From contig JAKPMO010000004.1 in NCBI GenBank assembly GCA_029548865.1, positions 160,001-224,000 of the forward strand: a stretch of DNA of 64,000 nt, written 5' to 3'. The notes below the pieces were generated by a model, which saw nothing but the letters and a program-made list of their open reading frames with translations, searched no databases and was not told the origin of the DNA. Both the position numbers and the translations under genes were made by a program. The stretch's first letter is position 1, and each line of letters begins with the position of its first letter. Below, piece by piece: positions 12,395-22,391 of this stretch. The DNA comes from Caldisericota bacterium. GTDB lineage: Bacteria; Caldisericota; Caldisericia; JAAYUI01.

Positions 12395-13849
12395 TTAGAG
12401 TGATTCGCTAGCTTTTGCAATGAGCTGGTAGATCCATGGCAAAAGGCCAATCACGAGTGTTAAAACCGAGCATACTACTGCCACAAGATAAGCAAAAGAA
12501 AATCCTGGTTTGATTTCTTTTTCCAAGTACTCCTGATCCGGTGCCTCAAGATACATGTTCTTTACAATGCCAAAATAATAGAATGCCGAGATGGCAGAAT
12601 TTATGACTGCAAGAATCACAAGCCAGTAGAGGCCTGCCGAGACACCGGCAGTAAAAATAAGCAGTTTGCCGAAAAACCCTGCGGCAAATGGAATGCCAAG
12701 GAGCGAGACAAGCGAGACCGTCATTGCAAGTGCCAGACCAGGATCTGTTTTGCTCAATCCCTTGAAGTGGTTTAGGGTTGTTCCACCTCTTCTTATTTTT
12801 ACAACCTTAATTACGGAGAACACTGCGATGTTCATGAGCGCATAGGCGGTAACATACATAAGTATGCCCCTGGCACCCTCTGACCTGATTGCTGCTTCAG
12901 GAGAGAATGCTATTACAACAATGCCTATGAGCATGTAACCTATCTGCGCAATCGAGCTGTAGGCCATAATCCTTTTTACTTCAGTCTGCCAGATCGCAGT
13001 GAGGTTACCATATGTCATGGAGAGTGCCGAGATGGCAGCTATTGACCATTTTACCAGATTGGTGAAATTGTCGCTTGCCGCTGGGTTGATGCCCATTGAT
13101 ATAAATCTTGAAAGAACTATCAAGGCACCAATTTTTGGGGCAACAGAAATGAATGCAGTTGATATTGGCGGTGAACCTTCGTAAACATCCGGGGCCCAGA
13201 AATGAAACGGAACTGCCGCTATTTTGAAAGAAAGGCCTGCGAGTACAAATATGAACCCGACCATTTCAAGCGGAGTGCCCTTTATGCTGTTGAAAAGCTC
13301 TACAAAGCTGAATGTACCTGCTGTTGTGTAGATGAGGGATATTCCATAGATCGTCATTGCAGATGCAAATGCGCCAAGCAGGAAGTATTTTACGACGGCC
13401 TCTTTTGATTTGGGATCGTGTGATTTCAGGCCTGCCAGCATGTATAGGGGTATTGAAGACAGCTCTATTCCCAAATAGAGCGAGAGCATGTGTGACGACT
13501 GGACCAGGAGCATCAAGCCGGTGACGGAGATGAGCATGAGGAATACGAATTCTCCCTGGCGCTTTGAGGCATCGTTGAACATGTCAAGCGAGGAGAGCAG
13601 TATTGGCACGGAGATGACCAGAAGCAGTCCCCTGGCAAAATTGGAGAAATCATTTTGCACAAAAAGGTTGCCTGCTGGTTCCCTGATTCCTGGAACAGTC
13701 TGCATGACAATAAACGAAACCACGACAGTCAGGATAGCCAACAAGCCAAGCATATACTTCCTTAGCGGAAACTTGAATACCGACAGGAGTAGTATTATGC
13801 AGGCCCCAACAAGAAGGACCATCTCTGGATAAAATGAAGCAAAGTTCAT
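12395..13849 (-). CDS. nuoN: Complex I-like subunit N
   Basis: EAVVKYFLLG, FKIAAVPFHFWAPDVYEG, KRIMAYSSI. Confidence 0.95.
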   Translation of the reverse strand: MNFASFYPEMVLLVGACIILLLSVFKFPLRKYMLGLLAILTVVVSFIVMQTVPGIREPAGNLFVQNDFSNFARGLLLVISVPILLSSLDMFNDASKRQGEFVFLMLISVTGLMLLVQSSHMLSLYLGIELSSIPLYMLAGLKSHDPKSKEAVVKYFLLGAFASAMTIYGISLIYTTAGTFSFVELFNSIKGTPLEMVGFIFVLAGLSFKIAAVPFHFWAPDVYEGSPPISTAFISVAPKIGALIVLSRFISMGINPAASDNFTNLVKWSIAAISALSMTYGNLTAIWQTEVKRIMAYSSIAQIGYMLIGIVVIAFSPEAAIRSEGARGILMYVTAYALMNIAVFSVIKVVKIRRGGTTLNHFKGLSKTDPGLALAMTVSLVSLLGIPFAAGFFGKLLIFTAGVSAGLYWLVILAVINSAISAFYYFGIVKNMYLEAPDQEYLEKEIKPGFSFAYLVAVVCSVLTLVIGLLPWIYQLIAKASESL

Positions 13850-13858
13850 CTCGTCTCC

Positions 13859-15349
13859 TTAAACTATTGGAAGTGTTGGCAGTGTGGTGATTGCATGTTG
13901 TATCATATTGAGGAGCGGCATCGGGAATATTCCAATGAAGAATATGAATCCAAGAAGCGGGGTTGCGGCGAAAAATTCCCTGAAGCTTGCGTCCCTGAGC
14001 TCCTTGAAATGCGGGTCTGCAACAGTGCCGAACAACACTCTTTGCATCATCCAGAGCATGACACCACCGTTTATGATCATTCCAACAACGGAGACCCAGG
14101 CCCACCAGTTGACTGCCTGATATGCCGCAGTCATTGAAAGGAACTCACTGACAAAACCAGCAAGAGCTGGCAAACCGATTGATGCAAATGATGCGATGAT
14201 GAGCATTATCGAGATGATTGGAATGATTGATGCCATTCCCGGGAGCTTTGCAATTTCCCTTGTGTGGGTTCTGTCATAGATGTAGCCGACCAAAAGGAAG
14301 AGGAGGCCTGTTGTGATGCCGTGGTTGAACATTACAAGCACGGCCCCCTGGAGAGCAGCCACAGCACCTGTTTTGAGGAATGCCGCTACAGCCAGGAGAA
14401 CAAAGCCCATGTGGTTCACTGAAGTGTATGCAACAAGTTTTTTGAGGTCTTTCTGGACAAGCGAACAGAATGCTCCGTAAACAATGCCTATTACTCCAAG
14501 AATACCGATGATGTCTGCCCACCATGTTGCAGCATACGGCATGATACCTACTCCGATACGGATGAGGCCGTAGCCTCCCATTTTAAGCAGGACGCCTGCA
14601 AGGAGGATTGATATTGGGGCCGGTGCTTCGACGTGTGCATCAGGAAGCCAGGTATGGAATGGGAAAGACGGTACCTTGATTGCGAAACCGAGGAAGAGTG
14701 CTCCAAACACTGGGAGTCCAAGGGCCCACCCTCTCAGGTTGGCACTTGTCTCGATCAACTGTGGTATCGAGAAGGTGTTTTGCCCGGAAGCAAAATATAT
14801 TGCAAGCACACCGACCAGCATGAACAGGGAGCCAACCAAAGTGTAGATGAAGAACTTGATCGATGCGTAGAGCTTTCTGGGGCCACCCCAGATACCGATC
14901 AGGAAGTACATCGGTACAAGCACAAGTTCCCAGAACACATAGAAAAGCACCAGGTCAAGCGAAACAAAGACGCCTATAAGACCGGTTTCAAGAAGCAGGA
15001 ACAGTGAATAGTACTCCTTGTTTCTGTGGTCGATGTTGAACGATGCAAGACAGGCAACAAAGGAAAGGAGGGTTGTGAGGAAGAGCATGAGCATTGACAT
15101 GCCATCGACACCAAAGAAGTAGGTAATGCCAACACTTTCAACCCATGGCACCTTGTCGATCAGCTGGAAACCAGGAACTGAAGTTTTAAACTGTGTCCAG
15201 ATGAATATGGAAATGATTAGGTTGGCTACTGTAAAGCCAAGAGCGGTCCATTTGATCCAGCCTGCCCATTTTTTCGGGAAGAGCAGAAGCAAGAGCGAAC
15301 CGAGGAGCGGAAGAAACGTTACGATTGTAAGCAATCCATTGAATTCCAT
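13859..15349 (-). CDS. nuoM: Complex I-like subunit M
   Basis: FYVFWELVLVPMYFLIGIWG, PFHTWLPDAHVEAP, DLKKLVAYTSVNHMG. Confidence 0.95.
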   Translation of the reverse strand: MEFNGLLTIVTFLPLLGSLLLLLFPKKWAGWIKWTALGFTVANLIISIFIWTQFKTSVPGFQLIDKVPWVESVGITYFFGVDGMSMLMLFLTTLLSFVACLASFNIDHRNKEYYSLFLLLETGLIGVFVSLDLVLFYVFWELVLVPMYFLIGIWGGPRKLYASIKFFIYTLVGSLFMLVGVLAIYFASGQNTFSIPQLIETSANLRGWALGLPVFGALFLGFAIKVPSFPFHTWLPDAHVEAPAPISILLAGVLLKMGGYGLIRIGVGIMPYAATWWADIIGILGVIGIVYGAFCSLVQKDLKKLVAYTSVNHMGFVLLAVAAFLKTGAVAALQGAVLVMFNHGITTGLLFLLVGYIYDRTHTREIAKLPGMASIIPIISIMLIIASFASIGLPALAGFVSEFLSMTAAYQAVNWWAWVSVVGMIINGGVMLWMMQRVLFGTVADPHFKELRDASFREFFAATPLLGFIFFIGIFPMPLLNMIQHAITTLPTLPIV

Positions 15350-15358
15350 TCATTCCTC

Positions 15359-17422
15359 CTAATTTAGGACGGCAAACCATGCCACAAGTATCAATACCAG
15401 TGCTATTGAGGCAAACATTATTGTCGCGTAGTTTGGAAGGTAGCCGGTTTGCACCTTCCTGACCTTTGAGCCAATGAATCCAGTCAACGCAGCAACGCCA
15501 TTGACGGCACCATCTATGACATTTTCATCAAACCATTTGACAAGTTCTGACACCTTGACGGTCAGATACCCTACCAGGTTGACCAGACCGTCAACTATTC
15601 CGGCATCGAACCAATAAACGATGTTGCCAAGAACAACCGAGAGCCATGCCATTCCATTGACTGCCCCGTCAATGACTGTCCGATCAAACCAGTGGCAAAA
15701 TTCACTCACATAGAAAAGCGGCTTCACTGCGATGAAAGTCCAGGCCTCATCAATAAACCACTTATTCTTGAAAAAGAGGTAAAGTGGTTTGAGGACCCTT
15801 ATGAGTGTTTCTTTTTTGAACCAGCCCCAGGCGTAGATTGCGAGCCCAAGGAAGATGCCTGCAAGAACAAGCCCTGTGGAGCCAAAAATGAGCGTCCAGT
15901 TGACTGCTTCGGATTCGAACTCATGGAAGAATATAAACCTCTGGAAGAGTTCACCAAAGAACGGTGCCCCGACGAAGCCTATCACCACTGAAAGCACGGC
16001 CAGTATTATTAGCGGAAGGGTTGTCTTCCACGAGGCTTCGTGGACATGGTTTTCTTTTCTGGGTTTTCCAAAGAAGGTCAGCCAGACACATCTTGTCATG
16101 TAGTATGGGGTGAGGAAGGCGGTTATCAGTGCGAGGATAAGCGGTATGGTCGAGTGGGTTGCCTCTGCCCCGACAAGTATTGCGTCTTTACTCCAAAACC
16201 CGGCAAACGGGAAGAGTCCCGCAAGGGCAAGCGATCCAAGTATGAAAGTCCACGCGGTGATGGGCATTTTTTTGAACAGTCCGCCCATTTCATGCATGTT
16301 TTGGGTATGTGTTGCGTGAATGACCGAGCCTGAGCCAAGGAAGAGCAAACCTTTGAACATTGCGTGGGTCATGAGGTGGAAGAGTGCAGCAGTGTAGCCA
16401 AATTTGCCGAAACCCAGCGCCATTACCATGTAACCCAGTTGACTGATGGTTGAATAGGCAAGAACCTTTTTGATGTCATCCTGCACCGTGGCTATTGTTG
16501 CAGCAAAAATTGCCGTGAAAGAGCCAACATAAGTGACGACCTTCAAAGCAATCCCACTGGAATCAAGTGTGAACAGCCCCATACACCTTGCAACAAGATA
16601 TATACCGGCCGCGACCATAGTTGCGGCATGGATAAGCGCAGAAACTGGTGTCGGGCCTTCCATGGCGTTGGGGAGCCAGACGTGGAGCGGGAACTGGGCA
16701 GATTTGCCCATTGCGCCCATAAAAATCAGGAGTGGTATTATTATGAGAAGAGCAGGGGCGAGTGATGCAATTGCAGATGGCAGGGCCTCAAGGTTGAGCG
16801 TATGAGGGTTTGAGAGTATGAGGCACATTATTATGCCTGTGAAGAGGCCAATATCTCCAACTTTTGTAACAAAAAAAGCCTTCTTTGCGGCCTGGTATGC
16901 GGACCTCTTGTGGAACCAGAAGCCTATGAGAAGATATGAACAGAGACCAACCAACTCCCAAAAAGCAAAGAGCTGGAGAAGGTTTGATGCGGTAACTACG
17001 CCGAGCATTGCAGTCGTGAAGAGCTGGAGTTCGGCATAGAACCTTGCAATTCCAGGATCACCGTGCATGTAGTCCTGGGAGAACAGGTGCACAAGGAACG
17101 ATACCAGCGTGACCACACAAAGCATCATTGCACAGAGCTGGTCGACCCTAAACCCGAAATCAAGCGTCAGGTTGCCAGACTGGAGCCAGACAAAGCTGAC
17201 TGTTGGTGCTGGCCCGTTTGCGATAACGAGTCCAAGCACCACAATCGAGGTTATCAATGAAATAAAGATGCTTATTGTTGCGAGCTTTGGTCCCCACTCC
17301 TTTGCTATTTTTCCGCAGAGGCCAACAATGATGAATCCCAGAAGTGGAAAGGCCATCGTTAAAACAGCGAGGATCGAGGTGAGGGTCCAGGAACCGGCAA
17401 GGGAAGCTACAGTGTGTTCCAT
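15359..17422 (-). CDS. nuoL: Complex I-like subunit L
   Basis: WELVGLCSYLLIGFW, GKSAQFPLHVWLPNAMEGPTPVSALIHAATMV. Confidence 0.95.
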   Translation of the reverse strand: MEHTVASLAGSWTLTSILAVLTMAFPLLGFIIVGLCGKIAKEWGPKLATISIFISLITSIVVLGLVIANGPAPTVSFVWLQSGNLTLDFGFRVDQLCAMMLCVVTLVSFLVHLFSQDYMHGDPGIARFYAELQLFTTAMLGVVTASNLLQLFAFWELVGLCSYLLIGFWFHKRSAYQAAKKAFFVTKVGDIGLFTGIIMCLILSNPHTLNLEALPSAIASLAPALLIIIPLLIFMGAMGKSAQFPLHVWLPNAMEGPTPVSALIHAATMVAAGIYLVARCMGLFTLDSSGIALKVVTYVGSFTAIFAATIATVQDDIKKVLAYSTISQLGYMVMALGFGKFGYTAALFHLMTHAMFKGLLFLGSGSVIHATHTQNMHEMGGLFKKMPITAWTFILGSLALAGLFPFAGFWSKDAILVGAEATHSTIPLILALITAFLTPYYMTRCVWLTFFGKPRKENHVHEASWKTTLPLIILAVLSVVIGFVGAPFFGELFQRFIFFHEFESEAVNWTLIFGSTGLVLAGIFLGLAIYAWGWFKKETLIRVLKPLYLFFKNKWFIDEAWTFIAVKPLFYVSEFCHWFDRTVIDGAVNGMAWLSVVLGNIVYWFDAGIVDGLVNLVGYLTVKVSELVKWFDENVIDGAVNGVAALTGFIGSKVRKVQTGYLPNYATIMFASIALVLILVAWFAVLN

Positions 17423-17430
17423 TGTCCCTC

Positions 17431-17730
17431 CTACCACTTGAGCAGGCTGAACTGCTCGAGAGTTACCCAGCCCTTTGCCCTGTACATTGCCACAATTGCA
17501 CCGAGTCCGACAATGGTTTCAGCTGCTGCAATTGCTATGGCAAACACGACCATTGACTGCGCCATGCCTGGATCGGGGAGCTGGCTTGCCGTAGCGATGA
17601 AGGTGAGGTTGGCCCCATTGAGCATCAACTCAATGCACATAAGTATCCTGATGGCGTTTCTCAGGGTGAGGGCGCCGAGGACACCAAAGCTGAATATTGC
17701 AGCACCAAGGATAAGCAAGAGGTAGTTCAT
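17431..17730 (-). CDS. nuoK: Complex I-like subunit K
   Basis: RNAIRILMCIELMLN, AAAE motif. Confidence 0.93.
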   Translation of the reverse strand: MNYLLLILGAAIFSFGVLGALTLRNAIRILMCIELMLNGANLTFIATASQLPDPGMAQSMVVFAIAIAAAETIVGLGAIVAMYRAKGWVTLEQFSLLKW

Positions 17731-18272
17731 ACCTCGTCCTCCTTTTTCTTTGCCATCTCTATTCCGCCAACAACAGCCGCAAGCAGAAGGAAAGAGGCCA
17801 TTTCAACAGGCACCATGTAAGGTGTGGAAGCATTGTCTGAATAAAGTGCGTCACCAACTGCCATCAATGATGTTTTTGGTGGGAGGGCCATTTGTCCCTG
17901 GAAGTTAGTTGTTAACTGGCTTTCCGAGGTGTTCATGATGAAGAAGGAGATTGCACCAAAGAGCGCAAGGGCGACAAAAACACCAAGGACGGCTTGGCGG
18001 TTCAGGTGGCTCATCTGCTTTCCAGAGACATCATGCGTGAACATGATCGAGAACAGGATGAGTATGGCTATAGCGCCAACGTAGATGGCTATCTGTGCTG
18101 CAGCGATAAAATCGGCATGCAACCCTACATAGATTGCCGCAATTGACAGGAGGCAACCAATCAGACATATGGCCGCATGGACAATATTTTTTACAGTTAC
18201 AGTTAGGGCCGCAAAGACAAGTGCGGGGAAGGCGAGTGCCATGTAAAGAGCCTGTGACATTGTTACATTCAC
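17727..18272 (-). CDS. nuoJ: Complex I-like subunit J
   Basis: NIVHAA, ADFIAAAQIAIYVGAIAILILF. Confidence 0.93.
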   Translation of the reverse strand: MNVTMSQALYMALAFPALVFAALTVTVKNIVHAAICLIGCLLSIAAIYVGLHADFIAAAQIAIYVGAIAILILFSIMFTHDVSGKQMSHLNRQAVLGVFVALALFGAISFFIMNTSESQLTTNFQGQMALPPKTSLMAVGDALYSDNASTPYMVPVEMASFLLLAAVVGGIEMAKKKEDEV

Positions 18273-18685
18273 TGTGCACCCCCAAACGGAAGAAGGAGCT
18301 CTTCTTTCTCGTGTATCATCCCTTCCCTTGTGTATGAGGAAAGCTCATATTTGTGACCAACCTGCAGTGCACCAAACGGGCAAACCTCGACGCATATCCC
18401 ACAGAATATACACTGCTGGACATTTACACTGTACTTAACCGGGAAAGGCGTGTTGTCTTCCCTTTTGCCTTTTTCAATGGTGATCGCGTGTGTTGGGCAA
18501 TTGTTTGCGCAAATTCCGCAGGCGGTGCATTTTTCCCTGCCGTTTTCATCGCGGACCATTCTCATCAGGGCAAAAAACCTTGGCACCATCGCCTGCTTTT
18601 GCTTTGGGTAGCGGAGCGTTATTTTGACCCTGAATATATTTTTAAAAGTGACCCAGAGAGAGCTTGCTATTCCTGTTCCGTACAT
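18269..18685 (-). CDS. nuoI: Complex I-like subunit I (2x[4Fe-4S])
   Basis: CTACGICANNCP and CIFCGICVEVCP. Confidence 0.94.
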   Translation of the reverse strand: MYGTGIASSLWVTFKNIFRVKITLRYPKQKQAMVPRFFALMRMVRDENGREKCTACGICANNCPTHAITIEKGKREDNTPFPVKYSVNVQQCIFCGICVEVCPFGALQVGHKYELSSYTREGMIHEKEELLLPFGGAQ

Positions 18686-18692
18686 GATCACC

Positions 18693-19712
18693 TCATTTCA
18701 CAAAAACCTTGAGCCAGTTTTCATTTAAAACAACATATGCGGTCAAGATTATATTGACGAGAGAGAGCGGTAGCATGACTTTCCATGCCATGTTCATGAG
18801 CTGGTCAGCCCTGACCCTTGGCAGCGACCTGGAGAACCAGAGGATGAAACCAACCATAGCAAAGGACTTCAGGAGGAACCAGAACAGTGAAGACAGACCC
18901 CATGGAAGGAACTCTGGGCCTGAACCCCCACCAAGATAGAGCGCAGTAATGATTGCTGAAGTCACAAAGAGATATGTGTATTCTGCAAAGAAAAAGAACG
19001 CAAACCTGATGCCGGAGAATTCAACGTTATATCCGGCCACAAGCTCCGATTCACCTTCTGCAAGGTCAAATGGTATCCTGAATATCTCAGCAAGTGAAGA
19101 AACGAAAAATACCAGGAAACCAATGAATTGTGGGGCGATAAACCAAACTCTTTGTATCGAAGAGATGTGATATACATTCATACTGCCGGCGAGCATTACC
19201 ACTGCGATAATCGCCAGTGTTTTTGGGATTTCATAGCTGATTTCCTGGGCAGCAGTCCTGACAGCACCGAGGAGCGAGAACTTGTTTCCGGATGACCACC
19301 CGCCAAGGATTATGCCGATGACAGACAGCGCCATGACGGCCGAGATCATCAGAACACCGATTTCAGTGTCCGCGGCAACAAGCTTTATTCCGCCAACAAG
19401 TCCAAACGGAATGAAGGCAAAGGTGATAAAAGATGGGGTGAATGCTATGAGGGCAGAGTATGAATAGAAAAATTTGTCAGCTGCCTTTGGGATAACATCA
19501 CCTTTTGTCAGAAGCTTTATCATGTCGGCGAAAGGCTGGAAGAGACCCCATGGCCCAACTTCCATCGGGCCAAGTCGCTGGTGCATCCAGCCAAGCAGTT
19601 TTCTTTCGGCAAGGGTCAGAAGTAGTGCATTTACCATTACGAACCCGAAAATGCCTAGCGATATTGCTACCTGGATAAGTGCTACAATCAGATATGGGAC
19701 GAAGTTTTCCAT
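18693..19712 (-). CDS. nuoH: Complex I-like subunit H
   Basis: ERKLLGWMHQRLGP, QEISYE, PFDLAEGESELVAGYNVE; start moved to ATG 19712 after the nuoD stop. Confidence 0.95.
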   Translation of the reverse strand: MENFVPYLIVALIQVAISLGIFGFVMVNALLLTLAERKLLGWMHQRLGPMEVGPWGLFQPFADMIKLLTKGDVIPKAADKFFYSYSALIAFTPSFITFAFIPFGLVGGIKLVAADTEIGVLMISAVMALSVIGIILGGWSSGNKFSLLGAVRTAAQEISYEIPKTLAIIAVVMLAGSMNVYHISSIQRVWFIAPQFIGFLVFFVSSLAEIFRIPFDLAEGESELVAGYNVEFSGIRFAFFFFAEYTYLFVTSAIITALYLGGGSGPEFLPWGLSSLFWFLLKSFAMVGFILWFSRSLPRVRADQLMNMAWKVMLPLSLVNIILTAYVVLNENWLKVFVK

Positions 19713-19716
19713 TTTG

Positions 19717-20823
19717 TCACCTGTCCGAATCGCCCATTGTTGGCGCCAGCGATGCAAATGCGGCGACGACATCAGGCATGGAGATATTTTGGGCAATATG
19801 TGGGAACGACATCAGATTGCTGAAGCTTGGTGAACGGAGTTTTACTCTATATGGCTTTGAAGAGCCATCAGAAACAAGGTAAACGCCAAATTCACCGATT
19901 GGAGCTTCAACCCTGCAGTATATTTCACCGGCCGGGGGCTTGATCACCTTTGGCACTTTGGCCATTACAGGCCCTTCCGGAAGGTTTGGCATTATCTGCT
20001 CGATGATCCTAACGGACTGCTCTATCTCCTTGAATCTCACCAGGAAGCGTCCGTATGAATCGCATGTATTTTCACTTATTACATCAAAATCCAGCGTGGG
20101 GTATATCTCGTATGGCTCGTCTTTCCTGAGGTCCCTTGCAATGCCACAACCCCTGAGGGTAGGCCCCATGCAGGAGAGCTTGAGGGCAGTTTCGGGTTTC
20201 AGGATTCCTATGTTTTTTGTCCTTGCCTGGAATATCTCGTTTTTATGGAGCATTGAAGCGTATTCTGGGAGTCTGTCTTTGAAGTAGTGAATGAACCTGT
20301 CGAGTTTTGAGAGGTATCCTTCTGGAAGGTCGAACTTGACGCCGCCGAACCTGAAGTAGTTGAAGGTCATCCTTGATCCGGAAACCTCTGCCATCAGCTC
20401 CAGGATGTACTCCCTTTCCCTGAGGCAGTAGACCATCGGGGTCATCGATGCCAGGTCGAGTCCCTGCGCGCCAACGTTTACAAGGTGCGCCGCAATGCGG
20501 TTAAGTTCCATCATCAGGACTCTTATGTATTGTGCCCTGATTGGCACCTCGATCCCCATGAGTTTTTCAACGGCCTTTACATAGGGATACTCATTGAGGA
20601 AACCAGAGATGTAATCAAGCCTGTCTAGATAAGGAATAAATTGTTGGTAAGTCAGTCTTTCGGCAATCTTTTCTATTCCCCTGTGGAGATAGCCAAGCAC
20701 TGGTTTGCACCCGACCACAATTTCACCGTCAAGGGTGAGGACTGCTCTAAAAACACCGTGAGTGGCAGGGTGCTGGGGGCCAAAGTTCACTTCAAGCAGG
20801 TCAGTTCTGATTTTTTCTTCCAT
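19717..20823 (-). CDS. nuoD: Complex I-like subunit D
   Basis: GPQHPATHG, GYLHRGIEK, DRLDY; lacks the [NiFe] CxxC motifs. Confidence 0.94.
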   Translation of the reverse strand: MEEKIRTDLLEVNFGPQHPATHGVFRAVLTLDGEIVVGCKPVLGYLHRGIEKIAERLTYQQFIPYLDRLDYISGFLNEYPYVKAVEKLMGIEVPIRAQYIRVLMMELNRIAAHLVNVGAQGLDLASMTPMVYCLREREYILELMAEVSGSRMTFNYFRFGGVKFDLPEGYLSKLDRFIHYFKDRLPEYASMLHKNEIFQARTKNIGILKPETALKLSCMGPTLRGCGIARDLRKDEPYEIYPTLDFDVISENTCDSYGRFLVRFKEIEQSVRIIEQIMPNLPEGPVMAKVPKVIKPPAGEIYCRVEAPIGEFGVYLVSDGSSKPYRVKLRSPSFSNLMSFPHIAQNISMPDVVAAFASLAPTMGDSDR

Positions 20824-20832
20824 TTTCCCTCC

Positions 20833-21264
20833 TCAGTCAGTATCTGTGAAATCTTTGCGGAGAGGATGCCCTGTGAAATTCTCCGGTGTTATTATTCTTT
20901 GGAGGTTTGGATGGCCCTCAAACACTATTCCAAACATGTCATAGACTTCGCGTTCCAGCCAATCTGCCGCTTCCCAGTCAGGCGTCAGGCTCTTGATTTT
21001 TGGGTCCTGTGCAAGCAGTGGAGCGAAAATAAAGACCCTTTCCTTGGTTTCCCAGTTGTCCAGCATGTAGACCATTTCAAAACCATTGTCTTTGCATTTT
21101 GCGGTCAACATCGAGAGGATACTGAAACCAGATTCGCGGAGCTTCAGGCATGTCTCGGCCGCCTTTGAGCTGTCTACATTGATCATCAGGGCTGTTTCTG
21201 GGGCAGGCATTGGAGAGAGGTCAATACCAAATTTTTGCTTTGCAATGTCTTTGGAGGTGCTCAT
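20833..21264 (-). CDS. nuoC: Complex I-like subunit C
   Basis: [22 protein letters not shown]...GHPLRKDF. Confidence 0.94.
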   Translation of the reverse strand: MSTSKDIAKQKFGIDLSPMPAPETALMINVDSSKAAETCLKLRESGFSILSMLTAKCKDNGFEMVYMLDNWETKERVFIFAPLLAQDPKIKSLTPDWEAADWLEREVYDMFGIVFEGHPNLQRIITPENFTGHPLRKDFTDTD

Positions 21265-21764
21265 GGTTGCCTCCCAAGATTGGCTCTTTCTTTCATGATT
21301 TTTTTCTCAAGCTCAAGAATGGCAAACTGGAGGGCCTCTGGCCTTGGTGGACACCCTGGGACATACACATCGACAGGAATTATCTTGTCGACGCCTTTAA
21401 CTACGGAATAACTGTCAATGAAAGGCCCGCCAGAACAGGCGCAGGCACCCATTGCAATGACCCACTTCGGGTTGGGGATCTGCTCATAAAGGAGTCTTGT
21501 AGGTTCTGCCATCTTTTTTGTTACAGTTCCTGCAACGATCATGACATCGCACTGTCTTGGAGTTGGTCTGAAGAAGCAGCCATGCCTGTCGAAGTCGTAT
21601 CTTGGCATCCATGCCTGCATCATTTCGAATGCGCAGCAGGCTGTTGCGTAAGTGAGTGGCCAAAGGGAATTCTTTCTGGCCCAGCCCACCAGCCAGTCCA
21701 GTGGTGCAAGAAGAACAGTTGATTTTTCAAGTTCTGTTGGTGCAGGTGTTTGTGTCAATCCCAT
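21261..21764 (-). CDS. nuoB: Complex I-like subunit B
   Basis: [30 protein letters not shown]. Confidence 0.95.
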   Translation of the reverse strand: MGLTQTPAPTELEKSTVLLAPLDWLVGWARKNSLWPLTYATACCAFEMMQAWMPRYDFDRHGCFFRPTPRQCDVMIVAGTVTKKMAEPTRLLYEQIPNPKWVIAMGACACSGGPFIDSYSVVKGVDKIIPVDVYVPGCPPRPEALQFAILELEKKIMKERANLGRQP

Positions 21765-22123
21765 TTCAACAGCCCCCTTCCCCAAGCATAGAAATATCCA
21801 ACGAGGAGTATCGCTATGAAGAGTGTTACTTCAAAAATGGCGTAAGTTCCGAGTTCTTTTACTTTTACGGCCCATGGGTAGAGAAAAACAGCTTCCACAT
21901 CAAATGCGACGAATATCAATGCAAAAACGATATACCTGATGTTGAATTTTATTTTTGAATCTGTCTTTGGCGGTATTCCGCACTCGTAGGACGTTGTTGC
22001 GAGGTCACTATCGATTCTCTTTGGTCTTAATGCAAAGGCGAGGAAGAATGCTATAAGACCCATGGCCAGACCAACCAGGGCGAAGATGCCCACAAACAGG
22101 TAACCGAAAGAATAATCGTTCAA
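21755..22123 (-). CDS. nuoA: Complex I-like subunit A
   Basis: [29 protein letters not shown] before TTG. Confidence 0.95.
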   Translation of the reverse strand: MNDYSFGYLFVGIFALVGLAMGLIAFFLAFALRPKRIDSDLATTSYECGIPPKTDSKIKFNIRYIVFALIFVAFDVEAVFLYPWAVKVKELGTYAIFEVTLFIAILLVGYFYAWGRGLLKWD

Positions 22124-22155
22124 AGCTTACCTCCAAAAGTTGCACACTTTTGCAA

Positions 22156-22183
22156 ATTATATAAGCGTAAACACGATAAGCAA
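22156..22183 (-). promoter_or_regulatory. Promoter of nuo-atp operon, TTGCTT-16-TATAAT
   Basis: Hexamers upstream of the nuoA SD in an AT-rich intergenic region. Confidence 0.6.
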
Positions 22184-22308
22184 TGTCTTTACAGTGAGCA
22201 TAGACAACACACTTTATAAAAAAGTTACACCGTAAGAACAAAGAAGAATAAATTAAGGATGGGCAAAAACTTATGTTTTATAAAACCAGAAAATAACCTC
22301 GATTTAAA

Positions 22309-22326
22309 AAGTTAATAAATTCACAA
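22309..22326. promoter_or_regulatory. Possible Rex operator (AAGTTAATAAATTCACAA)
   Basis: One perfect TTCACAA half-site and one degenerate half with N4 spacing, versus TTGTGAA-N4-TTCACAA. Confidence 0.3.
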
Positions 22327-22391
22327 ATTGTGTTAAGAATGAATTTTTTGTGAAATTGCCTTGGATGTTGGTTTATTGGGCTAAAACTACC

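Noticed and set aside
19717..21764. Group 4 [NiFe]-hydrogenase or MBS/Mbx
   Set aside because: Large subunit lacks the CxxC motifs and the Cys pair; gene set is nuo-like
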